The translations under genes and the position numbers were made by a program. 64,000 nt of DNA from Heteronotia binoei (Eukaryota). The first letter of the stretch is position 1, and each line of letters opens with the position of its first letter. The notes under the pieces were generated by a model that worked only from the letters and a program-made list of their open reading frames with translations, ran no database searches and was not told the DNA's origin. Shown piece after piece: positions 12,431-25,892 of this stretch. The stretch covers positions 90,706,001 to 90,770,000 of the forward strand of contig NC_083223.1 of assembly GCF_032191835.1 (NCBI RefSeq), in the 5' to 3' direction.

Positions 12431-13699
12431 ATCAAGTTGTTTGTACACATTGTCTTACCACATATAGGCAGTCTTATTATTCTAATTACTCTAATTAGGG
12501 CATTGCAATGGTTTCGATTTGATTTGAAGAGACACCGGAGTCTTGCTGTCCTTTTGGGAGGGGAGAGGGGAGAAGTGCCCCTCCCGGTAATATTCAAACC
12601 TGCACATACTTAGAAAGTGCCAAGGAGAAGGGCCGGGAGGCCCGCTTGGGTGAGAAACGCTGCGGTCGTGCGGGGTCCCGCTCTTTAGCAAGCTAGTCCT
12701 TCTTTATTTGTTTTTGTTTTTTTTAAATCTAACTTTTCAGAGTAATGCGCGAAGTCAACGTTTGCTGCTCTCCTGCCCTAACCCGAGCCTCTTCTTTCCT
12801 TAGCAGCTGCAACATTTGCTTGGAGGAGGGGGTGGGTGGGAGGAAGCTGTCTTGAGTATACTTTCTGGGAATCTGTTTCATAAGCTTGAAATGAATGTGA
12901 TTATTAACTGATACCATCAGTTCATCAAACGGTTACTTCGATAGGGGACTATAATTAAACCCTTAATCCTGTTTGAGACTCTTCCCTCCTCAAAACGCCT
13001 TCCCCCCTTCTATTTTTTTTTTTAAATCAACAGCGTTTATTTTAGGCGAGAAGAACAAGTATCTTTAGCAGAGAGATCAAATGCTTGCTTATTTCTCATT
13101 AGCCAGCAGAAACATCTCTATAGCTCCCCCCCCTCCAAACACATCCAGATTTCCCTCTTTGTTTTGGCTCACCAAGAGAAATTTCCTTTAAAAAAATAAA
13201 TAAAAATGGAGCAAATTCGTAGGTTTCCCCTCCTCCTCCCAATCCTCTGTGAAAGGAGCCCTCAATGTGACCGGTCTGCGAAAACATTCGGCCTAGGCCT
13301 TGCTTGAAACAGGTCTTTTTGAAAACCGTGATTGGGGGGAACCGAAAGACCAGCGCCCTTCAGACCCTGCTGGACCTCCGGTCTGGAGTGGACCTGAAGA
13401 TACCTTCCCTTCGCAGAAGAGGCAGAGGGGGCCCCAGATGGCTCCTTGGGCGTGTTTTGCACAAACCTGGGGCCCCCTCATCAACTAGGAGACCCAGTCA
13501 CACACAAACACACACTCCCTAAAGGTTAGGGACAAAGGGTCACATTTAGTTCTCATTTCCATGCATTTTCTTTGGGCCCGTCGAGGTGTGTGAAGTGCTG
13601 GGAGGTTTTTCACGTTTGCTTTGGGTCTTCTTGGTGGCTGCTTTTGAAAACCAGTAGAGTCCACCACGCTTTGACAAGCACCTGCTCCCGCCCCCATCC

Positions 13700-14400
13700 T
13701 TTCTCTTCACCCTGAAGAGAGAGGGGGGGGAGGCTTTTGGCAGGGCCCAGGCGCCAGGATTCGAGAGGGCGTCTGGATGGGGTGGGTGATGCCTTGCCGA
13801 AGTCATGGGGAGATATGAAAAGGGGCGCAGGAGGGCCAGGGCCAGACCGGGTGCCGGGACGAGGCTGGAGACTGCAGGCTCGCGGCTGCCTTGCAGAGCG
13901 GAGCCAATCTTCCTCCAGCAGAGAGAGACCGCGGAGGACGGGGGCGGGGGGCGGGCGCCTTTTAGCCAGCCAAATGCCCCTCTGCCATAAAGATTCTCTG
14001 TGTCCCTGGATTTATCCTTCCCCGGAGAGTTCATTGTACAACACAGCCCGCCTGCCCTTCTCGCATGAATCTGTTTTGTAACAAAGTCTCCCCAGCGAGT
14101 GCATTAGAGAATAAAGCTTCTCTTCCCTCCCCCACCCCACCCCTGCCCTCTCCTCCCCTCCCTCCCCCCAATCCCTCCAGTGCAGCATCTGTTCCCGGAG
14201 AGTTCTTCTTTTCCCAGCCGCAGCGAGACTCAGAGTAGGACTTGGGCGCCCCACAGCGGCCAGAAAGGCAACTGGCTTTAACGAGCGGAGCTGAAGGAAG
14301 GGAGGCAGGGAACTGGTCAGGCGTCTATCCCTTGCCGGCGCCTTATCCATTTCGGAAAGAAAACCCGCCCAATGTAGGACGAGTCGGTGTGAATAACTGC
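13700..14400. promoter_or_regulatory. Second downstream CpG-rich segment
   Basis: Elevated GC and CpG, with a GC-box-like ggggcggggggcggg near 13941-13955. Confidence 0.5.
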
Positions 14401-16339
14401 GTTTCAAGATAAACTCTCTCAGGCCAAGAAGCCAACCTCGTGCCTGGAATACGGGTTAAGGTGGAGAAAGAACGCCCCCCCCCCTTTACCTTCTCTTACG
14501 TTCTTTTGCTTGCTTTTTTCCACAGTCCTCCAGGACAGGGCAAATAGGTCGAAGTATTTTAAAGCTCCTTCTAAAGCGTCCTCTAGAGTTCAAGCTGCTG
14601 CAGGGGAAGCATTCAGTCCTCTGAGCTTTGTGCATTTTTAAAAAAGTAATAGGGCAGATAGCCAAAAGCTGTCCTTATTAGAAATGTAGCCCTTCACTTG
14701 GTTCAACGAGCAAAGCACACTTCTCTAGTGTTGTTCTTAGCTTTTTGTTATGGCATTTCCTGTAGCAGTTTCTGAAATGGAACACTTGCATGAACTGGAA
14801 TATAGACTCATTTTGGGGGAACCCCCCCCCCCCCCCGACTTCTACTTTTTATCTTCTGTTAACTACAGTGTCAATGCGGAGCTGCACACTCCTGTGTGCC
14901 TCAGCAGCATAAGAAAAGTTCAGATTTTTTATTTTTTTTAGTAGCAGGTATGTCAAGACCCTTGCTGTTTGGCATGGTTGTCACCAGGAGGGTGGCTTTT
15001 ATCTGACCAATGCCACTGATGTCCAACTGGGAAAGAAACTTTGGGTGAAAAAATTCTTATCATAGGAAAGAAAGAATAGCATGCATGTACACACGCACCC
15101 TGGCTTTGTGGTGCATCATGCCTTGCATCATTGTGATGAGTTCTCTTTTAGCAAAAAGAGCTTTCAAAGCTGTGCTTAGCTATCATGGCTACTAGACATC
15201 AACCCACTCATAGCCTTTTCTGATCCCCCTTTATAGTAATCAAAGTCGCCAGTCGCCATCACCCAGTATTGTGGCTGTGCATCCCCTGTGCTTCTGCATT
15301 GTGTGAAGATAAGCAAGGAAGCTGCTCTGTGGCAAGGGAAATGTGCTCGTTTCCCACTTTGGAATGCTTTCATCCATTTTTATTTAATGTGATTCAGGAA
15401 TGGGCGCTGGAATTAAAAACAGGCATAAAAATTATGCCCTGGAAGACAGTGATTTTTTTTGTCTAGAATAATAACAAGCAATCATCCCTCCCTAATGTGC
15501 TTAAGACTGTTGTTTTTCTGGTGGTGTTGTGTAAATTGGTTGTTAGGAGCTGAGTGTGCAAGGTCTTTTTAGGATCATGTCCAGCTTTCTCTGCAGCCAC
15601 TTAAGACATTTCAGAATATCCAGAGCAAAGGGTAGGGGACTGAGCAAATTGCACCATCTATACTGATCTTGTTTATATGACATCATCATCAGTTGCTGAG
15701 TGATTGCATGCTCACATAGTAATATCTATATGTGCAGGTTCATCAGGAGTTATATAATCCATGCACAAGGTTTTTACAATAATGGGGAAAAAATCCCAAG
15801 TTGTAATGTATGAAGCAGCCTACACAAATGATCAGAGAGGTTTGCATTGTATTAGTCAGACTCACAGCTTCAACCAGGAGTTTGATGGTATATGTGCTGT
15901 TGTAGTGGAAACACACATTTGTTGTGCTGTTGTACGGTGGAAACACGCATTTGGTTTGGACATTAGGTAGGTGTGCAGATCTCTGGCATAATGTATAAGA
16001 GCTAGTGTTGATTTCTTGCTGTCCTGCATAGTATTCAGGGATGTGTTATGTCCAAAAGCATGGTATGGGAGGTGGGTTTTTTTCTTACACTTCACTACCA
16101 TCTTTTTCTGATGGTTTGTCCTTCCAGACCAGAAGTTGAAGAACTTTCCATGTGTCTTTGTGTTTCTGTGGATAGCTGGAATTCTGATGGTATCTGCAGA
16201 GGGTCAGAAGGAATGCTGTTCCCTAGCCTGAGGGAAAAAAGCTTGGTACTCCATTTGCTTCCCAGGATACTGTAGGCTGTGGTAGTTTGTACCTCTCCCT
16301 TCTTTAGAAATCTCCACAAAGAGATTCTGGTGCTCCAGG

Positions 16340-16517
16340 TTGTTGTTGTTGTTGTTTGGGGGAGAGGCATGGTGACCCCAGCAACGAGCTTTCAAGGCAA
16401 GTAAGAAGCAGAGGTGCTTTGCCATTACCATCCTTTACAGAGCCTTCCTTGAACGTCCCCCATCCAGGTACCAACCCTGCTTATCTTTTGAAATCTGATG
16501 GGATTGGGCTATACCAT
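16340..16517 (-). mobile_element. Degenerate 5S rRNA-derived SINE
   Basis: Reverse complement has 5S-like gcccaatcccatcagatttcaaaagataagcagggttggtacctggatggggg, then a ggtaatggcaaagcacc module and an (AAC)n tail. Confidence 0.6.
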
Positions 16518-16756
16518 ATCATTCCACATTCCCATCTACAGTACTACTTCTCAGCAATAGCAACCACTTGGGACTGGTATAAACCAATGTGCTGAATCAA
16601 TGAACCTCGTTTCTGAAAACTGGGCCATATGGGCATGTCCTGAGTAGCAGTCCTTCCCCATGTTCAGTTTCCAGAGAGAATTCTGTCGAAGCTGAACAGC
16701 TTTGTAGAAGTGCTCTTTGGCAACACAACGCCTCACATACATTAGTGTAGATTCAG

Positions 16757-16991
16757 ATGGGCAGCTGTGTTAGTCTGAAGCAGCAGAACAAAGTTTGTCC
16801 AGTGGCACTTTTAAGACCAACATCATTTTATTCAAGGTATAAGCTTTCGTGTGCAGGCACACTTCTTTGGATACTTCTACATCTACTTCTACTTCAGATA
16901 CATCTGAAGAATTGTGCTTGCACACAGAAGCTTATACCTTGAATAAAATTTTGTCAGTCTTACAGGTGCCACTGAACTCAAACTTTGTTCT
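16757..16991. mobile_element. Penelope-type terminal-repeat palindrome (two inverted arms of about 90 bp)
   Basis: 16785-16873 is the inverted complement of 16901-16991 (agaacaaagttt...gtggcac...ttttattcaaggtataagct versus agcttataccttgaataaaa...gtgccact...aaactttgttct). Hammerhead-like cores sit near the centre. Confidence 0.7.
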
Positions 16992-19900
16992 ACAGATTAG
17001 TGTGGTACGTGAGCAGCACCTGCAAGGTATAGTTTTAGTGTACAAGAGTGATGTTAAAGTTAGAGTGGTGTTAAAGTCCATTACAATTAAAAAAGAGAGA
17101 ACAAAAAACCTTTCTGAAAATGCTACTGTGGTGAAACACTTGCCCTGATGGTTTTGACTTGTCCAGGAGTGTGCAGGCTTTTTGTCTATTCCGGTTTTTG
17201 GAAAATGGGTTTCGGTGGTTAAATGGGTTTCTGTGACATTCCAGTTAGAATTATAGAGTTGGATCCTGTTATTCTGTTCCATTAACATAGGAATATTCCA
17301 CTGTTGGCTGAGACATATTCTGCCAGAGGAAGGTTCCATGCACTACAGCAAAGATGTGCAATTAGTGGGATGGAATCACAGGCTCCAACCCCGGAGTCTA
17401 ATGATGGTAATCAGGTAGTCATGTGTAAAATAACTTGTTTTAAGGATTATTTCAGTCTGAAATTGGATCATCTATCCTGTGTCATCTAGCAACAATGGTA
17501 TTAATGATTACTCCATGTCATGGTATGCATTGAAATATGTTAAGAAAAGCAAAGACCATTTGATAGAAATGGTCAACTTTTCTAGATAATTTAGGAATTA
17601 GAACTAGGAGAAAGAAAGATTTCTAAATTCAGTAAGATCCACTTGAAATTGTGGTTCTTCTGAATCTATCCAGCGAATCAGAAATGTTGATTTTGTACTC
17701 AGGAGGACTGTGACAATGTAGCCCTCTCCCTACGCTTTCCCTCTCCTCCTCCCCATAACAGGCACATGCTGAGACACAAAAACTCTTTAGGAAAAAGCAT
17801 GGTACTGGTATGTGTGTGTGTGTGTGTGTGTGGGAGGGGTGTTTCTTGCTGCAGCATTACATTAATATGTCAGCTGTCCCTGGGAGAAGGCATGCAACTC
17901 AGCTTAGCACATGCTGTTAGGCTCCACACCTTTTCCTGTTTATCTAGGACACAATTTCTGTAATAATATTTATTTGTTTCTATTTGTATCCTGCCCTCCC
18001 TGCAAACAGGTTGTGTAGATAGGGCCCAAAGAGAACAGGCTCATTTTGACCCAAGCCAATTCTGTGCAGTTTCTAAGTTATTCCAGTAAGGACCACATTC
18101 TCCACACATCAGACATGACCTACACATATCTGTTTATGTGTACCAATGGCTTTTGCCGCATAAGAGCATAAATTATGGGCCAGGGAGTTCTTCAATCAAA
18201 TCAGAATTTGCTTGGCTAAGAACTATTTTGGTTGTTTCAAGCAAGTCACTCCGTCTCAGCTGCCCATCAGTAACACAGAGAGAAAATACCGGCTTATTCA
18301 GTGTTGTTGCAAGGATAAGAGAGATAATGCATGTGAAAGCACTTATAATATAAATATTATTAGAGTGTGAAGACTATGTGTGAATTTATCCATGTGCTGA
18401 TAGACACTTAATATGCACAAATATGTATCCACAATGTGTATGCATTCCCAGTTTTACATATAGACATAAACCCAAACATCTCTTGAACTGCAGCAGTTCC
18501 CATACCATTTATTTCTGGAATAGGCCCATGGATTTCAGAGGGTTATTTTAGTATATATGGTTTGATGACAGCATACCTAGCCAGTCAGCATATCTGTTTA
18601 TCTTTCTGTTGGTGGGGAACATACACTTTTAAAAAAGTCCTTTCGCAAACATTCTCTTTGTTGGAAATCCTTTGGCGGCATATGAAGGTTCAGAGGCAGC
18701 ATGTGTTTCTTCCTTCTTATTACAGGAACAAGACTGGGGAGATGCTCTTCCCCTCCCTTCAAATCACCCCTTGACAACGTTGCTTCAAAGCTGCCTTTAA
18801 TTACGGAACAACTTGCTTGATAGTCGGATAGAAGAACGCGGCCTTCCCTTCACAAGGCGTCTAAATTCCACAAGCTCCCTATCTATTCATCGAGCCCTAA
18901 TGGGCTTTGGCTTCTCATATTATTATTCATTATCATCTCTGGGGTGGCTCTGGATTATGTGGTTTCTTTGCTCACCACATCTTGTTTTATTTCTCTCTTT
19001 CATTGTTGTTATTGCTGGGTAGTGTTGATGTACAGTTTTCTCCATGGAGTGAATTATTCCTATTTAACACACAATAGGGAGGAACACTACACAGTAACAG
19101 GATTGCTTTCATTTCTGCTTTTTTCTTTTCTAATGCTCATGCAGCAAGAACTTTGCAAGAGCACAGCGCTATTTGGAACAAGGAAACTGTTAAACATGTA
19201 AAACCCCCTCCCAATGCCTATGAAACCTTTCACAGAGAGAAAGAACTGGAGAACTATTTACCAGCAAATACCTAAACATACATCAAATATCATCTTCCTT
19301 AACAGTCACAGGATGCTGACACCAACAAACCCACAAGGTTACTACTACTTTCCCAACAGTTACCAAAAAGACAAACAAAAACCCTGAACTAATCCCATTA
19401 AGTTCTGTGGAATTGTTCAGGAGTAATTGGGTTGCAGTCTGTTTAAATTCTCAATGTGCTTCCTATAGCCACTGAGGTCTTTTGAAGCTTATATATACAC
19501 ATTATAGTTTATTGCCCAATCGCTGTGATAAGGGCCAAGCATCCAGTTACCATCAAGTAGCTACTGGCTGATTGCTAAGTGATGATGCCCATAGAGAGAG
19601 GCAATTCACTAGAAGTTAATGAGAATCTACCAGGAGTTAACTGCTTTCCACCTCTACCATGACTTGAAGACAGATGGCAACTTTTTAAAGGGGCAGGTTC
19701 CATAGAAATGTATGGTGTGTCTAAAACTGCTCTGGATTAATCCATTTAAGTGTTGTGGGATATATCATCTGTCCTACAAGAGGGACACAAAATGTGAAAT
19801 GTATAATGACAAAACAGGGGAAGGTTTTTTTTTAAAAAAAAATGGGATCCTCTTTTGAACTTCAGAAATTTGTCCAATAAAAAGATGTCACCTTATCTTT

Positions 19901-21834
19901 TGGTATCACTTATTTTAACATAGATCAACATGACATATGTGAAAGGATATTCTCCAGCTACCTGGCACAGAATTAGCATTAATCTCAGAAAAGCTCTCCC
20001 TGATCCCAGAGTACATTCTCTAGGCAGCATGGAGACATTACACATAGCTGGGTTTGCTCATGTGGGCTCTGCTATGAGACATGTTGCCACATGGAAGAGC
20101 TTTTGTCTGGCTTCCATATGGGTAAGTAATATTGAAATCCATCCTTGGGTTCTCATTGTACTGCCTTTTAGCTGGGGGGAATTACTCTGGAGGGTACTTA
20201 AAGCAGATCATTCCTCACCTTCTAGTACAAGCAAAGTATGGAGAGTCATTACATGTGACCGGAGAGTTGGGACAAGTTTTTCGTCAGTGAACACCATTCC
20301 TCAGTCTGATGTTTCTCCCACTTCTGAAATGTAGCCCCTCAATCATTCTCAGTAGCCATGATGGTGTGAGCTACAATAGCATTACTGCTTATATACACAT
20401 TACCTTCCTGCCACAACTTGAGACCCAGGCATCTGAATATGCAATATTATTACTGCTAAGCTACTGCATACCGCTGCTGTGCATATTGATATGCAGGGAA
20501 CTGGCACAGCACTTCTACATGCAGCTGCATGAAAGGTCAGCTAGCACCTCTTCTGTATGAGCAGAATAGAAGCAGCAGCAACAGAGTTGTCTCCTATCCT
20601 CATGTGCTCATTTTGTGCCATCAAGGACTTGCCTTTTGGGAAAGTAGCTAAGCACTCTTTTGTGCAAGTCAATAAAAAAGTTATCTGGCAAGTGTTGTGT
20701 ATTTTGTGTTATACTTGTTACATTTATCCACAAACACACAACAAAGGGTGTGTGTGCAGATTTTGGCATTACTTTATTGGGCAGGAAGTCCGTCAGTTTT
20801 GAACTGAGAACTTTCAGAAATCCACACATAACAGTATTCCTCATTTGCTTGTGACTTTGCAAAACACACAGCATTAGGTAAACAATATGTAATGTTATTT
20901 CCACAGCATAAAGGTAAAAATCTCCCCTATTATTTATTATGAAAGTATATATTCCTCCAAGCTGCATCTAATTGAAGCACCCAAGCAGTATAATAATAAA
21001 ACAAATCAAAACCTCAAACCAACAATTTATTGATAAAATAACAATACTAAAAATAACAGCAAAAAAAGTAAGATGATGGGAATTTGAGGGCCTTCCACAA
21101 TAATAAAGTTATTGGACAACTTGGAAAAGCTTGAAGTAATAGCACCTGTCTTACCTTTTAGGGAAGGGGATTTATATCATCTGGGGATAGCAACAGAGAA
21201 AGCAAGTTCCTGCTAATCACATCTTAGGCAATACAGATTGCTGCATCATTACAGTGCACATTTCTAAAGTGCTTTATACACAGAATTCGAACTTTCATGA
21301 TATTACTTAACAAGACAAAGGAAGGGGGGGAGTCAAACTCAGCTGAGATTCTGCTTGAGAAAAGCCAAATGTTCTGATGGCCCCGTATCCGAAGAGTCTT
21401 GCTGATTGCAGTGACTAGGTCCTCCTGCATTGGTTGGTATGAAGCAGATTCACTATCATTCTTCAGCTCTACTCAGCTTGCCCTATTTAAACCTTTGATT
21501 ACTGACACTCATTTTTGGCTCCACAAAGTTCTCTTCCAGTCCATGAGATTTTTTTAAAAAATGCACATTTTGAAAAATGACTGAATTGGCTTTCTCCACA
21601 TTTCCTCCATTATTTTATCACCAGATAAACAATTCATTTTACTTCCTTGCTTCTGGAGTTCCTCTACTGGAATCAATAAGAGTGAATCAGTTTAAGTAGA
21701 TTTATTTCCCAATAGTTAGTGATGAGAAGGCTGAAATGTTCCAGCTAATTCTTCTTAGCTTTGGTAGCATCCTTGACAAAAATAAATTCACTTTCCTCTT
21801 AATATAGAGAACTTAAAACTATAAAAAAGTTTTG

Positions 21835-22008
21835 TTTTTTGCCATCAAGACACAGCCAACTTGTGGCAACCCCATAGGTTTTTCAAGGCAAGAAACTTTC
21901 AAAGGTGGTTTACCATTGCCTGCCTTCACATAATGATCCTGTTATTCCATGGTGGTCTCTCATCCAAGTACTAGCTAGAACTGACCTTGTTTTGCTTCTG
22001 AGATCTGG
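21835..22008 (-). mobile_element. 5S rRNA-derived SINE, degenerate
   Basis: Reverse complement cagatctcagaagcaaaacaaggtcagttctagctagtacttggatgagagacc is 5S-like. The tail ggcaatggtaaaccacc...cttgatggcaaaaaa is shared with other copies. Confidence 0.7.
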
Positions 22009-23749
22009 TTTACCATTGCAGAAACACTAATTGCACTCACTACCCTTTGTGTGAGACATTTAAGAAGGTTTTTCCGGACTACATGAAGACCAATCTTATG
22101 CATTTACTCAGAATTAAGGCCCACTGTCTCCAAAGGGGCTGACTTCCAAGTACATGCAAATAGGATTGACAACTTAGAGGCACAGTCTGATATTGTATAA
22201 AACTGTTCTTTTGTCTTGTCATATCAGAAGCAGGATGACAGACTGCAGATTATCACTTTGGTGTCATTGAAAAAAGGCTGGCCTGAGACACAATTGCAAG
22301 ACAAAAGCAAAGAAATCAGAATACAACCTACATCATTACTCCTAATTAAAATCTTCTTTTCATTAAGTTTCATGACAAATTAAAGCAATGCAAATTTTTT
22401 GTTTAAAAGTTATTTAAAATTAATAGAAGTAGATGATGTGGGGGGAGTGGTAGTGTTGCTCCATTGGGAAGAGACTGAAGGAAATTGTGACTGCCTGGTT
22501 TTCCTACAACAAATATGAATAAAAGCAAGTTTAATAAATATAGTGCTGAATCTGAACTAGCATTTAGCAAAAATTGATCCTGCAATATCTTTTAAATGAA
22601 GGTATGAGGACTGAAATAAGATTAATCATGATGATACCTCTGGGTATGTACAGAGTTGTTTTCTCAGTTTAATAGCTGTCTCACAGCTGGGATTAGAAGT
22701 CAGGGCTTTCAGATCAGTGGGCATGAGTCTGTGTCAGAATAAGCCCTCTGGTTTTAGAAACGAGTCATTACAGAAGCAGCAAAAACACTGAGATGGAAGC
22801 AGGGTAGTAGAAATGAGCCCAGATGTTTAATTACAGAGACCTGGATCTTAGAAGAATGTGCTTCCATATTCCTCTGTGTCACAGAGTAATGTTATAGGAA
22901 TATGCTTCCATTTGCTGAAGCAGAAGGGAAATCTAGCATTCACATTGCCATGAATAATTCTGTTAGTGTCAGCTCTGGCACAGTTTACACGGAAATGGCA
23001 GTGCACACAAAGTACCACCACTTTTCACCTCATGTAGCAAAGTGCTGCTGTAAACAGACTGGTGTGGCACAATGATCATCCTGTAAAATTTCCTGGGGTT
23101 TTACCTATTCAAATACAATTTAAGACTGGACGTTGTAACCATGAAGGACAAAAAAGTGCAAAGCCAATGGTAAGAGCTTAGTCTGTGTAATCATATACGC
23201 TAAAAGGGCAGAAGAGAAACCTGTTACCCATCAGCATGTGTTGTCAATGGGCCTGATCATACAAAGCACATTAAAACATCTTTAATTTATCACACATGGG
23301 CATTGTTTCAATTCCGGATCACACTCTGTAGCCAAAGTACAGCCTAATAATACATCTATTTTATCCAAGAACAATTTCAGGATACTCAAGGAAAAGGCTT
23401 CTTTACATAACTCATGATTAATATGACATCATGATGACCAACAGTTCAGATCACTTTTACAGATTCATGGAGAGGAACATGGACTACATAAACCAACTCT
23501 TGGGGATGTATTATATTGCAGGTACTTGTCTACTGCAGCCTTCTTCATATTCTGTCTCACCTCTACTTAGGTTCTAAGTCTTTAAGCAGAGCTCTCTTTT
23601 TAGATTCTCTGAAGTACCTAATTAATTTAAGCACTGCACAAATAAAATGGCATCAATAGTTTTTTTCAGCAGCCACAATACTTAAACAGAACCTCTTAGC
23701 TCAGAAGCAGTATGCCTCCAGGGTCAGGTCAGAGTATGGATCTCAGAGG

Positions 23750-23872
23750 AGGGCTGTTGCCTTCCTGTCCTGCTGGAGAAGTCTGTGAACACACCTGCTG
23801 GGCTGCTGTTGAGACTGTAATGCTGGACTACAGGGACCTTTGATTTGATCCTGCAGTGCTGTTATGTTCTTC
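23750..23872 (+). mobile_element. CR1 3' UTR remnant
   Basis: tgctggactacagggacctttgatttgatcctgcagtgctgttatgttct resembles the squamate CR1 3' end. Confidence 0.55.
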
Positions 23873-24283
23873 AAACTCAAGAATTGCTTCCAGCATAAAT
23901 GGGTCTGAATATATTTTGTGTTTAAACATGACAAATTAAGAGTGCCAAGTAAATACAGTTACTGCAAATCAGTATAGACTCACTGTTTGTCCTTCAATGT
24001 AATGGCTACTGTTTTTTGGTCAGCATTGGAACATACAGTCTTGAATGCAACGGACAGTAATACAATTTAATCATGTGATGAACAGATTGACTCACATACA
24101 GAGATTTGGAGGGAAAGAATAAAATTCATATGAAACAGAATGACAGCTTTAGGAACCAGTGCCATTTATGTATTAATCTGAAACAGATTTTTCAGCACCT
24201 GGAAAACCACAGTTGTGCTTCCATCAATATGCACATACACGGATTTATCTACATAAAATTGGTAACAATAAAATAAATTTACT

Positions 24284-24476
24284 TTTTTGCCATCAAATCA
24301 CAGTCTATTTATGGCAACCTCGTAGGGTTTTCAAGACATGAAACGTTCAAAGGTGGAGGTGGTTTGCCACTGCGTGCCTCTGCATAGCATTCTTGGCCTT
24401 CTTTGGTGGTCTCCAATCCAAATACTAACAAGGGCTGACCCTGCTTAGTTTCCAAGGTCTGACAAGATCAAGCTAG
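24284..24476 (-). mobile_element. 5S rRNA-derived SINE, degenerate
   Basis: Reverse complement ctagcttgatcttgtcagaccttggaaactaagcagggtcagcccttgttagtatttggattggagacc is 5S-like. Same tail as the 21835 copy. Confidence 0.7.
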
Positions 24477-25524
24477 ACATAGATTAATCAATGGTAAGGT
24501 GTTCGGCTAGTTTCTGTGCAACAGAGGACCATATATTTGCTTGGTTCAATCCAATATATGAATTGAAAAAATAGCATGTTCCAGAGTATAACTAGTACAA
24601 TTAAAGATTGGTAACAGGAGTACGGTGATGGACAGGAAGCTGTCCCGCCTCTGAAGGGGAAACACCACTCACTTGAGCCTATGGGAGTGCTGCTTAAGTA
24701 CCCAGTCGCTTTCCAGAGGGGGAGGGGGAGTGTTGGAGGGAAACACAGCAGTAGTCCAGATCTGCTTACTGGAGAGTGGGTCTGCCTCAGCAAAACAGCA
24801 GAGGGAAGGGTAGTTCTGCCTGGTGATGTGACAGAGTGGTTTAACTTCCACCTCTGGGAGAGAATGATTTCTAGGCTTGTCTCTGGTAATGAGCAGCCCT
24901 TGCACCATTTAGTCTGACTCTTGGGAAAGGGCAGGCTAGCATGGATGGAATCCAGATGCATGTGTGAGAGGGAATCCAACTCAGTTCCTAGTCAGTACAG
25001 TCTGTTTGAACCAGAAAGCATTAAAGAAAATTCAAACCACAATGAAGTCATAACTAGCTTAAATGTACATACCTTATCCAGGTTTCTCCTTTGACTACCT
25101 GGAGACCTGTGCTGCTGATCTTTTCTTTAAAACCAATGTGTAAATAAATAAATAAATATTTGTTCTTTACATACAACTCCCGCCTCAGTGATCTTCACAT
25201 TCTACTTGTTCACTTCACATTTGCTACCTTAAGAACAACAGGTAACTGAGGAGAAGGTTTGCAGTTTAAAACAAACTTGGTTCCCCCAAATCATAGGAGG
25301 CTGTGTGGGCTTTCTCAGTTGGCAGGAAAAGCCTGTTACAAATACACATATAAACTAATGGCTATAGCAGATACATAATGAGAGCAATCGAAAAACATGT
25401 TCTTCGTTCAGCTAGGTGCAGGACCATAGTATAACTGGTCACATGAACTTTCTTCCACCCTATAAGCTACACAGATTTATACAACACAGTATATAGTACT
25501 GGACTAACCTATTATCTACCCTGA

Positions 25525-25714
25525 CCTGGACAGCCCAGGCTAGCCTGATCTCATTAGATCTCAGAAGCTAAGCAGAGTAAGCCCTGGTTAGTACTGGATG
25601 GGAGACCTCTACAGTTGTTTCACAGAGGAAGGCAATGGCAAACCACCTCTGAACATCTCTTGCCTTGAAAACTATATGGGGACGCCATAGTTAGCTGTGA
25701 CTTGATAGCAAAAA
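25525..25714 (+). mobile_element. 5S rRNA-derived SINE
   Basis: gcctgatctcattagatctcagaagctaagcagagtaagccctggttagtactggatgggagacc aligns by eye with the 5S box A/IE/box C region. Followed by ggaaggcaatggcaaaccacc and an A tail. Confidence 0.8.
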
Positions 25715-25892
25715 AGTCCATTGTTTGTGGGAATAAAACTTTATTCTTTGGATTATTACTGTCCATGGAGTCTTAAGCTTTTCGTTACTGAGGACTCCAC
25801 TAGTTTTTACTTTCCTTACTGCTCAACTACTTCTCCCCTAGATTCTGAACTACTTCTCCCCAAGATTCTGAAGAAAGGGGATCACCAGGCTG

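Noticed and set aside
11000-14400. Many 100-190 aa ORFs in the CpG islands
   Set aside because: Overlapping on both strands, P/G/R-rich and without domain motifs. Explained by stop-codon scarcity.
19930-20967. ORFs 19930-20334 and 20608-20967 as possible viral or retrocopy remnants
   Set aside because: No recognisable motif. Composition matches random intergenic translation.
24610-24990. Possible solo LTR (GC-richer island ending ...GTACA)
   Set aside because: No clean TG...CA pair, no TSD and no polyA signal. Cannot be supported.
25545-25610. 5S rRNA-like sequence (also 16.4, 21.9, 24.4 and 58.4 kb)
   Set aside because: Partial and diverged, and fused to SINE tails. Not rRNA genes.
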